This document shows, one piece after another, positions 1 through 24,160 of a stretch of 62,692 bases of DNA. The position numbers were made by a program, and so were the translations under genes. Position 1 is the first letter of the stretch. Each line of letters starts with the position of its first letter. The stretch covers positions 1 through 62,692 of the forward strand of contig NIVC01001436.1 of the NCBI GenBank assembly GCA_002269645.1. Direction: 5' to 3'. This DNA comes from Macrostomum lignano. Taxonomy: Eukaryota. The notes beneath the pieces were generated by a model. It saw nothing but the letters and a program-made list of their open reading frames with translations, made no database searches and was not told the DNA's origin.

Positions 1-1091
1 TTTGTTTAAATTTGAGGGGTCACAAGTTGTAATTTGCGGCGGCTTCTTTCCAAGCTTCTTGTTTGCCTTTCGATCCGACAGCAACACGTCTCTAGAGTTT
101 CTCTAGCTGTAGTTCTATTGCAAAACCGATCGCATTTCACAATGGGGCTTGGAAATCAGCTCTAACTTTCACAACTTTAGCGCATGGTTGGGCGGGCAAA
201 GAAGATCAGGGCTTGACTTTGCTCTGGTTTTATTTGGGAGAATTTCAGGTTAAACAAAAACACAGAAATTGCCAGCAAGTTGAACTAAATTACACTGGTT
301 CACTTGGCCACTCAAGTTCGCGAGTAAAAAAGCTAAACATAATTTTTGTTATAATTTAAAAATAAAATTTGAAACGCTTGGTTGATTTTAACAAAAAAAT
401 ATTTGCAATTATAGCGAAATCAAAAAGTACAGTTATTTGCCAGTTGAAATTTGAAATAATTTGACAACACAGATAAAAGCGCACGGACAAAGCAAAGCGA
501 AATCATTACAGATTTAAACTGATTCGAAATTTTTAATTTTAACATAAAATAAAATTTGCTCTATATTTTTAATGCGATTTTTAATGGATTAGTAGAAAAA
601 AGGGAAAATTAGTAACCTGATCGACATTTTTACTTTTGAAATTTCCCTATGCTGTACGAATTACTTGAAAAAACTCGGCATATTTGCATTCACTGTCAAC
701 TCCTTTTTCCCCACTGCTCTTGTAGCGATGAACTGACAGAAACTCAATTTAAAGCTCAATTAATTACTCAATCGTGAAATTAAATCCCGATAGATTCTCC
801 GTGTTCTTCCCACGCTAAAGCCGAGCCTCTTCACCAGATCACACGGTGGTCTGGATATCCTCGCCCGCAGTCTTGTCCCGCCGATGGAGAACGAAGGCTG
901 CTGCAGGCGGCCGCCAGCTGACTGAGTTGACACCTGCGACTGCAGCGGCTGCTGCGGATTGGCGGCCGAAGCGATGGCCTGCTGATCATAGACAGTGCTC
1001 TGCTGCAGGGCCGAGAATGAGTTCGTGTGCGACCGGAGCCGGTTCAATCCGGACTCCTTGCTGGCCGCCCGCTGCAGCTCCGCGGCGACGC

Positions 1092-10471
<9,380 letters not shown>

Positions 10472-11139
10472 GCTGCTGGATTTCGCTGGCGCTATATTAA
10501 ACTGATAAAGTTCCAACTGACAGAATATAAATACTCAACCGAAAAACCTTTTGAACCGGATCGGAACCGGAGTAATAGCTCGTAATTAGTCTGTTAAATG
10601 CCGCTTTGGGAATCTAAGATAAGAAGAGAACGGAGAGGTGGCTCTTATGAAAAGGAGTTTAATTTAAGATAAGGCGGCTGTAAAACTGATAAAATTTATA
10701 GTTGAGAAAAACAGTCTCAAAACCACTTCAAACCGTATATATGTTGAGAAGCGGTTCTGGAATCTGGAGTAAATAAACAGATAGAAGGATAATTTTGGGG
10801 GATTCTTTTCCCGTTAGAGAAGGCAAAAACAGCTTGGAGCGAGAGGGAGAGCAAGTCAAGCGGCAAATATTTTACTCTTTAGACTGCCACCCCGGCCTTC
10901 CTCCACACACCCGCCTCATTTTTGTTCGCCAGGCCAATGAACGCCCCCCCCCTGGACTGGAACAGGCTCCGGCGCGCTTCAATGCCGCGGACTTCTGCAG
11001 AATAACATCTGGAATGCTAAGCTAGGACATTTTAAAACAGACAACGTGTCTAGCGTAGGACAAGGAGCAGATACAGATCCTACGGTGAGGGGGGCGCCCC
11101 GGCCCACAAAGACAAAAGACAACGTCCCGCTCATAACCC

Positions 11140-11920
11140 ACAGTTGGCAACCCCCAGTTTGGCGCCCCCAGTTGGCGGTCCCAGTTGGCAACCCCCAGTT
11201 TGGCGCCCCCAGTTGGCGGTCCCAGTTGGCAAACCCTAAATGGCGCCCATAGTTGGCACCCCAAGTTGGCACCCCCAGTTTGGCGACCCCAGTTGGCGCC
11301 CCCAGTTGGCAAACCCTAAATGGCGCCCATAGTTGGCGCCCCAAGTTGGCGCCCTCAGTTGGCGCCCCCAGTTGGCGCCCCCAGTTGGCGCCCCCAGTTG
11401 GCGCCCCCAGTTGGCGCCCCCAGTTGGCGCCCCCAGTTGGCGCCCCCAGTTGGCGCCCCCAGTTGGCGCCCCCAGTTGGCGCCCCCAGTTGGCGCCCACA
11501 GTTGGCGCCCCCAGTTGGCGCCCACAGTTGGCACCCCCAGTTGGCGCCCCCAGTTGGCGCCCCAGTTGGCAAACCCTAATTGGCGCCCATAGTTGGCGCC
11601 CCCAGTTGGCAAACCCTATTGGCGCCCATAGTTGGCGCCCCCAGTTGGCAAACCCTAATTGGCGCCCATAGTTGGCGCCCCCAGTTGGCAAACCCTATTG
11701 GCGCCCATAGTTGGCGCCCCCAGTTGGCAAACCCTAATTGGCGCCCCCAGTTGGCGCCCCCAGTTGGAGCCCCCAGTTGGTGCCCCTAGGCGGCAACCCT
11801 AATTGGCGCCCATAGATGGCGTCCCTAGTTGGCAACCCTAATTGGCGCCCCCAGTTTGGCGCCCCCAGTTGGCGACCCTCGTTTGCGCCTTCAAGTTGGC
11901 GCGAATGGCGCCCCCAGTGG
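11140..11920. repeat. 14-bp GGCGCC-core array (CAGTTGGCGCCCCC)
   Basis: Seen directly. It generates many spurious ORFs. Confidence 0.95.
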
Positions 11921-12599
11921 CAAGCAAAATCCTGTAGAGCTGGATGGATGCTACCTGAAACTGGGTTCGGACACTTTCAAAGTTAAGAAAAAATGAATAT
12001 AATAGTCAAAAGTCAATTAAAGCTACATTGGACGGAAACTTGCAGTCCAACTGCTCATGTCTAGAGAAGGCCATGACAGAAGCCGGCCGCCCAGTGCAGT
12101 TTGAATTTCCATTAAACCACGTGATTAGCTATTAGCTTTGCTGGGACTGGGGCACACCGCCAGTCTCTGTACTCTGCTCCGTAGATTCGGACCTGCAGAC
12201 CATTCCACAGGCTGTACAAAAAGCTTTTAATTGTTTTGTACAGCCAGCAGAAATTCTCTTTGGAAAGAATGAATGATGCGTTTTGACTTGGCCCAGCCAT
12301 CGCAAGCTGCTTGGAGAAGAGGGCACACCACACTACAGAAGCGGTTAACGTTTTTTTATTTTCTTTTATTTCTAGACAACTCCGACCCTGATTCTTTCCA
12401 TTTAGTGGCAGACTGGCTGTCAGGGCCAGTGTGCAGCAGCCAGAACCAACATCATTTTCGGTAGCTGAAATATTAGTTTTGTTAATTCTGATTCTATAAT
12501 GTAAATGTCATGCTTGTATTTAGCATAAGCATTTTCTTCAGTAATCGCCGTTATTGTATTTGTTCAAGTTCACTAAACAGCACAGTTGCACAATGCGCG

Positions 12600-13090
12600 A
12601 ACTTGTGAATCTGGTTGCTATTTTGTGAATCTGGCGCTTTTCTTGTGAATCTGGTTGCTATTTTGTGAATCTGGCGCTTTTCTTGTGAATCTGGCGCTAT
12701 TTTTGTTAATCTGGCGCTATTTTGGTGAATCTAGCGCTATTTTTGTACATCTGGCATTATTTTTGTAAATCTGGCGCTATTTTTGTGAATCTGGCGCTAT
12801 TTTGTGAATCTGGCGCTATTTTGTGAATCTGGCGCTATTTTTGTAAATCTAGAGCTATTTTGTGAATATGGCGCTATTTTTGTAAATTTGGCGCTATTTT
12901 GTGAATCTGGCGCTATTTTTGTAAATTTGGCGCTATTTTGTAAATCTGGCGCTATTTTGTGAATCTGGCGCTATTTTTATAAATCTAGCGCCTTTTAAGA
13001 ATCTGGCGTCGTTTGTGAATCTGGCGCCAACTTGTGAAGCTGGTACTATTCGTGAATCCGGCACCTCTTGTGAATCTGGCGCCTCTTGTG
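12600..13090. repeat. ~20-bp array (TGTGAATCTGGCGCTATTTT)
   Basis: Seen directly. Confidence 0.92.
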
Positions 13091-13400
13091 AATCATTAGT
13101 CGCTCCGCAACAGACGTTGCCTTCAATCCGTCAAAGGCATCTGGTTAGCCATGTAGCGAGCTAGCAATTGCACAGTCTCAATGCAGAAGAAACACAATGC
13201 AGCACTTCAAAACTGAGTGAGCTGCCAATCTCAGAGTGGAGGAGAGTCTGAAGAAGTGGGAAGCTCTTTAACTGTTATCTTGTGGCCGCTGCTTTTAATC
13301 ATTTGTTGGTTTGTCGGCCTGACTGGCAGTCACTGAGTCACATGACCTAAGTTTGGAGTTTGTGTCTCCAGCATAGAAACAGTGCAAAATAAAATTTTAA

Positions 13401-13981
<581 letters not shown>

Positions 13982-14639
13982 CTCAGGTATAACTCGGGTA
14001 TCAAGCCAGCCATTAAAAAGCCATAGCGCTAGCAGTTAGCAAGAAGCGGCATCGCGTTAATACATAAAAACTGTTTCAGTGAGGCGCCTGACTGCATTCG
14101 CTATTCAAGAATAAACTTGTTACCTTGCGCGTCTTATATGAGCTTCTGTGTTCTATTGTTACTCGGCTTAAAACTCTCAAGCACATTCAAACGCTTACTG
14201 AAGCAGAAAACAGTTTGCCATGAAATTTGCTATTCAGTGCTCTCTCTTTTAGCTATGCTAACAGTAGCGGTATAGAAGAAATATGTCCATTAATTTTCAT
14301 TAGCAAGCAATGCGTCTTACCTTACGCTAGCAACAGTCTTTTTGTCCGACACTGCATGCTATATTGTGGCCGGGTTCGCTCATGCACTTTTAGTTTGTCT
14401 GTACTGAACTGCTACTGCCTGCAGTACTGTCTGGTACTTTATTTTTGGTGTTTAGTTATAGGAAAACGAATTTTTTGAAAATTCTAACTTCTTTCAAAAA
14501 GATGGTCTCCATCCTCTAGAGCCCTAGCTGTCCTGTCTGTCTCACTAGCCATCCTATGCTCAAACTATACCTAAAACTTCAATGGGGTGCTCAGCCTCAG
14601 TGACGTACGCAGGAATTTGTATGGGGCATCAACCCTTAG

Positions 14640-15540
14640 GGGCGCCAATAATAGGTCTCTTGAGGCACCCATCAAGAGACAGTGGTGGCCATCAAGAGAC
14701 AGGGGCACCCATCAAGAGACAGGGGCACCAATAAAGACACAGCTAGGGGCGCCCATCAAGAGACAGGGGCACCCATCAAGAGACAGGGGCACCAATAAAG
14801 ACACAGCTAGGGGCGCCCATCAAGAGACAGGGGCGGCCATCAGGAGTCAGGGGCACCCATCACGAGACAGTGGCACCCATCACGAGAAAGTGGCACCCAT
14901 CAGGAGACAGGGGCACCCATCAAGACACAAGGGCACCCATCAAGACACAGGGGCACCCATCAAGACACAAGGGCACCCATCAAGACACAGGGGCACCCAT
15001 CAAGAGACAGTCGCACCAATCAGGAGACAGTGGCGGCAATCGCGAGACAGGGGCGGCCATCAAGAGACAGGGGCACCCATCAAGAGACAGTGGCGCCCAT
15101 CAAAAGACAGTGGCGCCCATCAAAAGACAGGGGCGGCCATCAAAAGACAGTGGCGCCCATCAAAAGACAGGGGCGGCTATCAAGATACAGTGGCGGCTAT
15201 CAAGATACAGTGGCGGCTATCAAGAGACAGTGGCGCCCATCAAGAGACAGTGGCGCCCATCAAGAGACAGGGGCACTCATCAAAAGACAAGGGCACCCAT
15301 CAAGATACAGGGGCACCCATCAAGAGATAGGGGCGGCCATCAAGAGACAGTGGCACCCATCAAAAGACAGTGGCGGCCATCAAGAGACAGTGGCACCCAT
15401 CAAAAGACAGTGGCGGCCATCAAGAGACAGTGGCACCCATCAAAAGACAGTGGCGGCCATCAAGAGACAGTGGCACCCATCAAAAGACAGTGGCGGCAAT
15501 CAAGATACAGTGGCGGCCATCAAGAGACAGGGGCGTCCAC
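14640..15540. repeat. ~20-bp array (CATCAAGAGACAG(T/G)GGC(G/A)CC)
   Basis: Seen directly. Confidence 0.93.
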
Positions 15541-16636
15541 CAACAGGGTCTCTGTCTTGATGGATTCCACTGTCTCTTGGTGAGCGCCACTTATTGAAGT
15601 GCTCAATTGGCTTGGAGAATGCTGTATTAACAAATATATTCTTACTATTTTCTAGAAACACTACGCTCGTACTATTGGTTTGGATTTGCACAAAAAAGAT
15701 TTCCATCGCGTGTTTTGTATCAAACAGAACAGTACGCACTCTCTAAAAGACTGCTTTTTATCACTCCAACCTCTTGCAGACAGCATACTGACAATCATGC
15801 GCAGTAAGATCTCCATATTAGCAGATTTGCTAAGTTCTGCTAGACCAGAGTGCCACTGTTTTTATATTAACAAGTCGGACTGTGGGAAAAATTTCTTGAA
15901 ACTCTTTATGCAAAAGCAAGAATTCATTAATGCACGAGAGTTTATATGGTGGATTAATTTTTAGTGAGAATTGTCTTGCTTGATTCACTTATGTAAGATG
16001 GTTCCAATTCCAGGGTTCGCACGAATTTCATTCTCCAGTTAAATCATGATGAAGACAGTGGTTAGAAAACTTGCGGTGGGAGCTCTTCGGAACATAAGAA
16101 GGTGAGATCGTGCACTGTAATTTGCATTTCCAAACAGCCTAAAGTCTTCCAAAGACAGTATGCAGACAGCTAGAAACTGTATAATAAAGGTCAAATAAAG
16201 GGGTTCGCTCCGAACTTTCTCCGAGGCTTGGATTTGGATCGGATAAAAGCGACACCGGGAAATTTCAAAACCCGGAGATGCATCGAGGCAGCTGCTGCGG
16301 GGTCCCGATGGAGTGTTGGATTTTCAATTCAATTTTGGCTACTGTGAGTAGGCTAGAAAAGCACAATTGATAACTGTAATCCGGAAGCTCAGAAGGTGAA
16401 ATATTACCAGTAAAGTGTTACAACACAACTGCAGAGTTCCTGTCTCGCTGATGCATTTTGCAGCAAAAACTGCGGTCTCCAGAAAACTTTGAAATATTGT
16501 AAGTCTGCCGACTTTCTGCTTAATAGCCAGAATATATTTTGTTAACTCCTTCGTCTGTTCGCAAACCAGGTTGGGACAAAGCATTTGTATGCCCTCCAAA
16601 AAGTTTCATTGAGTAGTCAAATGTCTACTGTATCCC

Positions 16637-16960
16637 TAGTAATAATATAGTAATAATAATAATATATTATCGTCCTTCGGCTACATCGTTCCACAACCAG
16701 CGCTGAGGAAATTCTGACCATTCCGCTGACTCCTGAGTACAACAGGCTCACACAGGGTGTACAGCAGCCCTGGCTCTCTAATCGTCAGGCATGTACACTC
16801 TGTGTGCCTTGGCGGTTGGCCCTCATGGCTGTGAATCGCACGACAGCCTTTCGGCCAAATTTCGTGCACAGACCCCAAACGCATGGTTTGCACATGGAAT
16901 CGAACCAGGGGTCGATTCAGGCGCGAGAATCAGACGCGTCTACCACTGAGCTGCTCTCCC
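16637..16960 (-). mobile_element. tRNA-derived SINE, near full length
   Basis: The minus strand begins GGGAGAGC-AGCTCAGTGGTAGA (A box)...GGTTCGATTCC (B box), continues with a unique body and ends in a (TAT)n-like tail. The body recurs at ~19196-19300 and ~24860-25070. Confidence 0.75.
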
Positions 16961-17734
16961 AGCCTCCTCCCCCCATCTTGTATCCTTGGTTGCAGTTCTG
17001 AAACAATTTTTAAAAATCGAATCAGATTATCAGGCATTGTGCCACAATTTCCATAAAAGAATAAAAATTCCCAAGTCCCGCAGCACATTTTCTAGGAAAT
17101 ACGAGGTCAAAAATGATCCTTGGCCGGGTCGGGGTCGTCGGTACAGTGCTCGGGACAGCATCTGGCCGGAAATAAGCTTTATTATGCCCCCAAGCGCTCA
17201 AAATTTCTCGTCTTAATCAACATCGTGCAGCGCTATGACGACTCAAAGCTCGAGTCGAACAGAATTTCAAGATAAAAACACACAAAAAACTTGTCTCTCA
17301 GTTGGGGACGTCGATCCAAGCAGGAAAAAGAACGCGTCCTCAGTCTGCCTTTATGTGTCCAACATCCGGTTCAACCTTTTTGTGCAGCCCCATTCCCAGA
17401 CTCTGTCTGCCAGCTCCTAGAAGGATTTCCGCTTGAGCTGTCAGCCAAGTGTAGCCAAGGACTGTTAGAGTAGCACAGCTCGCTGCCATTGGGAAGGCTG
17501 GCTCGCGTTGATTGACACAAACGAGGAAAATAATTTCTTGTGTATGCCTGGACCCCGTATTTGTAGCTGTTGATTACTGAGCAGCTCCGGGGGTCCTCAT
17601 CGATTGCTTCACAAAAGACTCTGAACACAAGCAACGAAACCTGTGGCAGCGGCAAACTTCAAGAACGGATGAACTTGATGAGAAGTTTGCAATCCAAAAC
17701 GAGTTGTCAATAAGTGGCAGCTGCCACCCATTCT

Positions 17735-18355
17735 TGGAGTTTCATTAGTTTCATTAGCTTCATTAGTTTGATTAGCTTCATTAGTTTGATTAGCTTGATT
17801 AGTTTGATTAGCTTCATTAGCTTCTTTAGCTTCATTAGTTTCATTAGCTTCATTAGTTTCATTAGCTTCATTAGCTTCTTTAGTTTAATTAGCTTCATTA
17901 GTTTCATAGCTTCATTAGTTTGATTAGCTTCATAAGTTTGATTAGCTTCATTAGCTTCTTTAGTTGAATTAGTTTCATTAGCTTCATTAGCTTCATTAGC
18001 TTCATTCGTTTCATTAGCTTCATTAGTTTGATTAGCTTGATTAGCTTCTTTAGTTTCATTAGCCTCATTAGCTTCATTAGCTTCATTAGTTTGATTAGCT
18101 TCATAAGTTTGATTAGCTTCATTAGCTTCTTTAGTTTAATTAGTTTCATTAGATTCATTAGCTTCATTAGCTTCTTTAGTTTCATTAGCCTCATTAGCTT
18201 CATTAGCTTCATTAATTTAATTAGTTTAATTAGCTTCTTTAGTTTCATTAGTTTCATTAGCTTCATTAGCTTCATTAGCTTCCTTAGCTCTATTAGTTTC
18301 ATTAGTTTCATTCGTTTCATTAGCTTCATTAGCTTCATTAGCTTCATCATTAGCT
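17735..18355. repeat. 9-bp array (TTCATTAGC)
   Basis: Seen directly. Confidence 0.95.
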
Positions 18356-18830
18356 TTTCGTGTCCTTGATTTGATTAGCAATTGTCATGAGCCTTTATTC
18401 CCCTTTTATCAGCTCAGTTAGCAATTTATCCACAATTTAAGCAAAGAATTTTTAAATAAAAAATCCCATAAAATGGAAACGTTATAAAAATCTATAAAAA
18501 TGATTCTCTAAGACTGAAACAAATGGAGCACTCAGGATTCAATCCAATGCACTAATATAACAACTATCTGCATAAAACATGCAGCAGAGAGGCAGTAATT
18601 ATTATTATTATTATTATTATTATTATTTATCTGCATTCGTCCAGCTCGACAATAAAATTCCAAACCGAGAAGTCGCCAATCAAGTCTGCAATATTTTCCA
18701 ATCGATGCCATTGGCTGAGCCTTGGCCAACCTCCTAAGCTTCTTGCCTTAAAAATCCCATATTCTAAAAATGTTTCAACTCAAATCGTTCTGCTCCGTGG
18801 CTGAGATCCGTTCGCTTCAAGTCTGCCACA

Positions 18831-21454
18831 ATGGCCGAATTGTCTAACGCATGCAGCAACTTGAATTTCACCTTTGTCCAAATAGTGTACGACTGCGTGT
18901 GGCTTCTACAGCCGGCGCTTGAAGACATTAAGAATGACTTCTCGTTTGTCCACGGTGCGATGATCGTCCTGTGCGCCCTGATCGCAGCCGGTGACCTGCT
19001 GGCGCTGCTCATTTATTCGCGATTAATTAAACGGAATCTGGAGATTCAAGCGCATTGGTACCTGCTGGTTCTGGCAGCGATGGAGCTGCTGCACCAGATC
19101 AGCATGCTGGTGGAGAAGATTGACCATATTGTATACGCCACCGAGTCTTATAAGCAGGTGAGCCTCTGGACTGCAGCAAATCCAGGCAAGCAGTCAGGCA
19201 CACTGATACTGTATTCCTGCACACGCTCATACAGGGTGTACTTTCTAATCGTCAGGCATGTACACTCTCTGTGCTTTGGGGGTTGGCTCTTGACTTACTT
19301 GCGCAAGTTTTTACTCCCAATAAAAAAAATAATTGATTACACCTGGTTTAACTGGGCCAGATGTGCAACCGACAGCTCAGCCGCAGCTATTGCGCGGCGC
19401 ATCTGAAGGCTGCTTACGGCTGTTCAGTCCAAGGACTGGGGGGGGGTCGCCACACACCCTCAATTACCCCAGCTAATGCTGGCACCCATTTTACAGCTGG
19501 GGGAACTGAAGCAATGCAGAGTTAGGTGTCTTGCTCAAGGACACAAATTGCTCCGAGTGGGTGGAGAATCGAACCCCCGACTGTGAGTCCGACTCTCCAA
19601 CCACTAGGCTAAAACCCCCTCCCCTCTACTCTCATCTAACTCCCAGTTTTTTTACTCCCATTCTACTATGTGAACCACACAACTGCTCATTTGGGGACTT
19701 CATGCCACTGACCTGTGAACTCCCCCCCCCCCTAATCCACTGCAGTTCCGCTATCTGATGCCGTACATCGCCTGGCTGTACGCCTCTCGCGTGGCCATCG
19801 CAGCCGGAGACGGCATCTACGCTGCCCGCAACTACTGGATGCTGATTCTGATGCTGAACAGGTGCCGCGCCCTCAGCAAGGGAGTGCTGACTAGAAATAC
19901 TAGCCGCAGGGGCGAACCCGCCAATCTGTGGCGCAAACTCCGCTGCCCGCTTCTCATGGCGCTGCTCAATTCGCTGTTTTGGATCGGCGCCATCGTTTTT
20001 TGGCACCTGGCCCTCAATCGGGTTCAGATTAACGTGTGCCAGAAGGGCCAGCAGTTGACCCAGCGAACAGTTGATGGCAAGAGTAGCATTGTTCCCGATT
20101 CGGAAAACTGGTTCCAGGTGAGGGGCATGGACTGAGGTGGGTTTCGTTTGGGGCATGGACTGAGGTGGGTTTCGTTTGGTGCATGGAGTGAGGTGGGTTT
20201 CGTTTGGGGCATGGATTGAGGTGGGTTTCGTTTGGGGCATGGATTGAGGTGGGTTTCGTTTGGGGCATGGATTGAGGTGGGTTTCGTTTGGGGCATGGAT
20301 TGAGGTGGGTGTCGGTTGGGGCATGGAGTGAGGTGGGTGTCCGTTGGGGCATGGGGTGAGGTGGGTGTCCGTTGGGGCATGGATTGAGGTGGGTGTCGGT
20401 TGGGGCATGGGGTGAGGTGGGTGTCGGCTGGGGTATGGGGTGAGGTGGGTGTCCGTTGGGGCATGGATTGAGGTGGGTGTCGGTTGGGGCATGGGGTGAA
20501 GTGGGTGTCCGTTGGGGCATGGGGTGAAGTGGATGTCCGTTGGGGCATGGGGTGAGGTGGGTGTCGGTTGGGGCATGGGGTGAAGTGGGTGTCCGTTGGG
20601 GCATGGGGTGAAGTGGATGTCCGTTGGGGCATGGGGTGAGGTGGGTGTCGGCTGGGGCATGGGGTGAGGTGGGTGTCCGTTGGGGCATGGGGTGAAGTGG
20701 GTGCTGTTTTGGGCATGGGTGGGCGTCTATAAGGAATAGCTCGTATACATTTAGTCGATGACAAGTACAAAATTGTAAGTTTCGTATCCCATGAGGTCTC
20801 GCAGTGGCTGGCTGAGACACGACCCGTCAAACATGTTGGTTATTCGAGTTAATAATTTTCTCGCTTTCCAATTTCTCATAGGTGAACAAGTACACGAGCT
20901 CCTGCTTGGACACAGCGCAAAATGTTCTATCCTATATTCACCTTGCATACTTTACCATCATTATCTACCTTCCATTCGTGATCACCATCGCCTGCTGCGT
21001 GATCACCTGGTACAGAATCCGCAGGACCGCCTTCCACAGTCGATATATTCGCGTCAGGAACATCCTGATCATCATCTCCGTGACCTTTGCCATCCTGGAG
21101 ACGCCAATTTTCATAGTTCGCATAGTCAATGACGCGATTTACATGCTGCAAAGCCACGGCTCCGGAGTCGGCCCCCCCAACCAACTGACCTACCTGACCG
21201 TGACTGCCGAGTTCCTATCCAGCCTGCACTCGCTCAGCATCCTGCTATTCTACCTGTACGCTGATCCGACCTTTCGTAGGAAAGCCTTCGAAATGTTGCG
21301 CAATCGCGACCAGCCTGAAGGGGGCGGCACTGGCTGGGACGGCACGAAGGCGGCCGACGATTCGGCGGCTGCGAGCGGCACACGGCGCAGCAGCGTGCAG
21401 CTGGGCGACAACGGCGAGGTGATCCAGCTGGCTGACCTGGCCAAGACCGGGTAG
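18831..21454 (+). CDS. Divergent class A (rhodopsin-like) GPCR, 423 aa, peptide-receptor/chemoreceptor-like orphan
   Basis: Exons 18831-19157, 19746-20117 and 20882-21454 are all phase 0, with CAG|GTGAG donors and YAG acceptors. Seven hydrophobic segments are present. TM3 ends LMLNRCRAL (DRY position), ECL2 has a Cys (INVCQ), TM5 reads IIIYLPFVITIACCVITWYRIRR, TM6 reads FAILETPIF, and TM7/helix 8 reads ILLFYLYADPTFRRKA. Confidence 0.8.
19196..19300 (-). mobile_element. Fragment of the 16.6-17.0 kb SINE body, in GPCR intron 1
   Basis: Shares CAGGGTGTAC...CTAATCGTCAGGCATGTACACTCT.TGTGC.TTGG..GTTGG with 16750-16825. Confidence 0.6.
19403..19619 (-). mobile_element. CORE-SINE (MIR-like) in GPCR intron 1
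   Basis: The minus strand has a tRNA-like head (TAGCCTAGTGGTTGG...GGTTCGATTC). It is followed by TGTGTCCTTGAGCAAGACACCTAACTCTGCATTGCTTCAGTTCCCCCAGCTGTAAAATGGG, which resembles the CORE consensus as I recall it (TGTGACCTTGGGCAAGT.ACTTAAC.TCTCTG.GCCTCAGTTTCCTCATCTGTAAAATGGG). Confidence 0.75.
20120..20720. repeat. 29-bp array (GGGGCATGG..TGAGGTGGGT.TC.GTT), GPCR intron 2
   Basis: Starts immediately at the exon-2 donor. Confidence 0.93.
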
Positions 21455-21496
21455 CAACTCTGGCCATGGGGTCAGATATAATGGGAAAATAGTTTA

Positions 21497-22127
<631 letters not shown>

Positions 22128-23289
22128 CGATGAAATGCAAGAGTAATTTTAATATTTGTGTGTAATTCTCTTGGGTCAGGTGGGGTCACGGCATGAGTGC
22201 ATAGCCGTTCATAGCATGTAACATTATAACATGTACTTATAACATGTATGTAACTTGTACACAAGTTTTTGCCTCTTTAGGCTTTCTCACTGTTAAAAAA
22301 GAAGTCGAATTTACAGCCATGGTATTGTCTATGGCCGGGGTGTTGTGCTTACTTTATATAGTCGTGATTTATCGAATAAGTCCGGTAAAAGGCATGTTTA
22401 ATCTTATATGCAAAGTATAATATAAAGTGTTTGTGTTTGTAAAAAATAGACTTTATCTTGAATTTTTTAAAGCTGGTTTATTTATCAATTACATATTTTT
22501 ACTAGGTTTTTACGCTAACTACAATTAATTTGTTTGGAAGTTGCTGTTTTATCGCTACAAGATAAATGTCTGCGTTTGTTAAAAGCATCGTTGTGCGTTG
22601 TTGGCGTTGTTGTACTCTTACTATTATTGTTCTTTGATATATCTATGCATGTAAATTGTATTGAATGGCTGTTCCTTCTCGGCTGATTTTAAGTCTTGTA
22701 AAAATAAAAGCAGACTCGCTGCTAATGCCCATCCATATACTATTTATTAATCTGCAAAATAAAATGCAAAGCAAGCAAAACCGAACTGCAACCTCAACTG
22801 CCCAGATATTTTCATTTTTTGCAACTGCAATTTTGTCATTGCGGCTGCGCTGTGAAGTGGCCTTCTGCCTCCTCTTATCAAACAATGCACTGCTAAGAGA
22901 TGAGGGGAAAATGAAGTACCATAATTGCAAACTGAAATCGCAGGGTCTTTTGTCTTGAGACTAATTTCAATGCTCAAAAGCCTGCCGCAGGTTAATCAAG
23001 GATTGTTGCAAGACTGAACACTAAAAGTACTAAACTTAGTATCTAGGAAGTGCTGTGCGTGCTCATTCTTTTCACGATTTTGTCGAATTTGCCGCCAACA
23101 TCAAACCATAATATGCTAGTTAAACTTAGTAACTTCTAATCGAGCGTTCAATTAGTCTGTAACTACCTGTATAAGCAGGGGCGTCGCCATGGATTTTATC
23201 GTGGGGGGACAAAGCCAAGAAGTTCACAGGTACATGTTCATGACTGAATTCCTATATGTACATTATTTTGAGAATCGGTGTTTTCAACG

Positions 23290-24160
23290 CTCATTTTAGC
23301 GCCACAGACACTTATCTTGCAGGCACTCATCTTAGCGCCACAGGCACTCATTTAGCGCCACATACACTCATCTTAGCGCCACAGGCACTCATCTTGCAGG
23401 CACTCATTTAGCGCCACAGGCACTCATCTTGCAGGCCCTCATTTAGCGCCACAGGCACTCATCTTGCAGGCACTCATTTAGCGCTACAGACACTCATCTT
23501 GCAGGCACTCATTTAGCGCTACAGACACTCATCTTGCAGGCACTCATCTTGCAGGCACTCATCTTGCAGGCACTCATCTTAGCGCCACAGGCACTCATTT
23601 AGCGCCACAGACACTCATTTAGCGCCACAGACACTCATTTAGCGCCACAGACACTCATTTAGCGCCACAGACACTTCTCTTGCAGGCACTCATCTTAGGG
23701 CCAGATACACTCATTTTAGCGCCACAGGCACTCATTTAGCGCCACAGACACTCATCTTAGCGCCACAGGCACTCATCTTAGAGCCACAGGCACTCATTTT
23801 GCAGGCACTCATCTTAGCGCCACAGGCACTCATCTTAGAGCCACAGGCACTCATTTAGCGCCACAGACACTCATCTTGCAGGCCCTCATTTAGCGCTACA
23901 GACACTCATCTTGCAGGCACTCATTTAGCGCTACAGACACTCATTTAGCGCCACAGACACTCATCTTGCAGGCACTCATTTAGCGCTACAGGCACTCATT
24001 TAGCGCCACAGACACTCATCTTGCAGGCACTCATTTTGCAGGCACTCATCTTAGCGCCACAGGCACTCATCTTAGAGCCACAGGCACTCATCTTAGAGCC
24101 ACAGGCACTCATCTTAGAGCCACAGGCACTCATTTAGCGCCACAGACACTCATCTTGCAG
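23290..24160. repeat. ~20-bp array (TTAGCGCCACAGGCACTCAT and TTGCAGGCACTCATC variants)
   Basis: Seen directly. Confidence 0.93.

Noticed and set aside
16880-16960. tRNA-like sequences with A and B boxes (also 19560-19619)
   Set aside because: No complete cloverleaf or acceptor stem, and they run into repeated SINE bodies. Called as SINE heads.
19158-19406. C-terminal half of the 191-aa ORF 18831-19406
   Set aside because: It is read-through past the CAG|GTGAGC donor into SINE-derived intron sequence. The 7TM pattern resumes at 19746.
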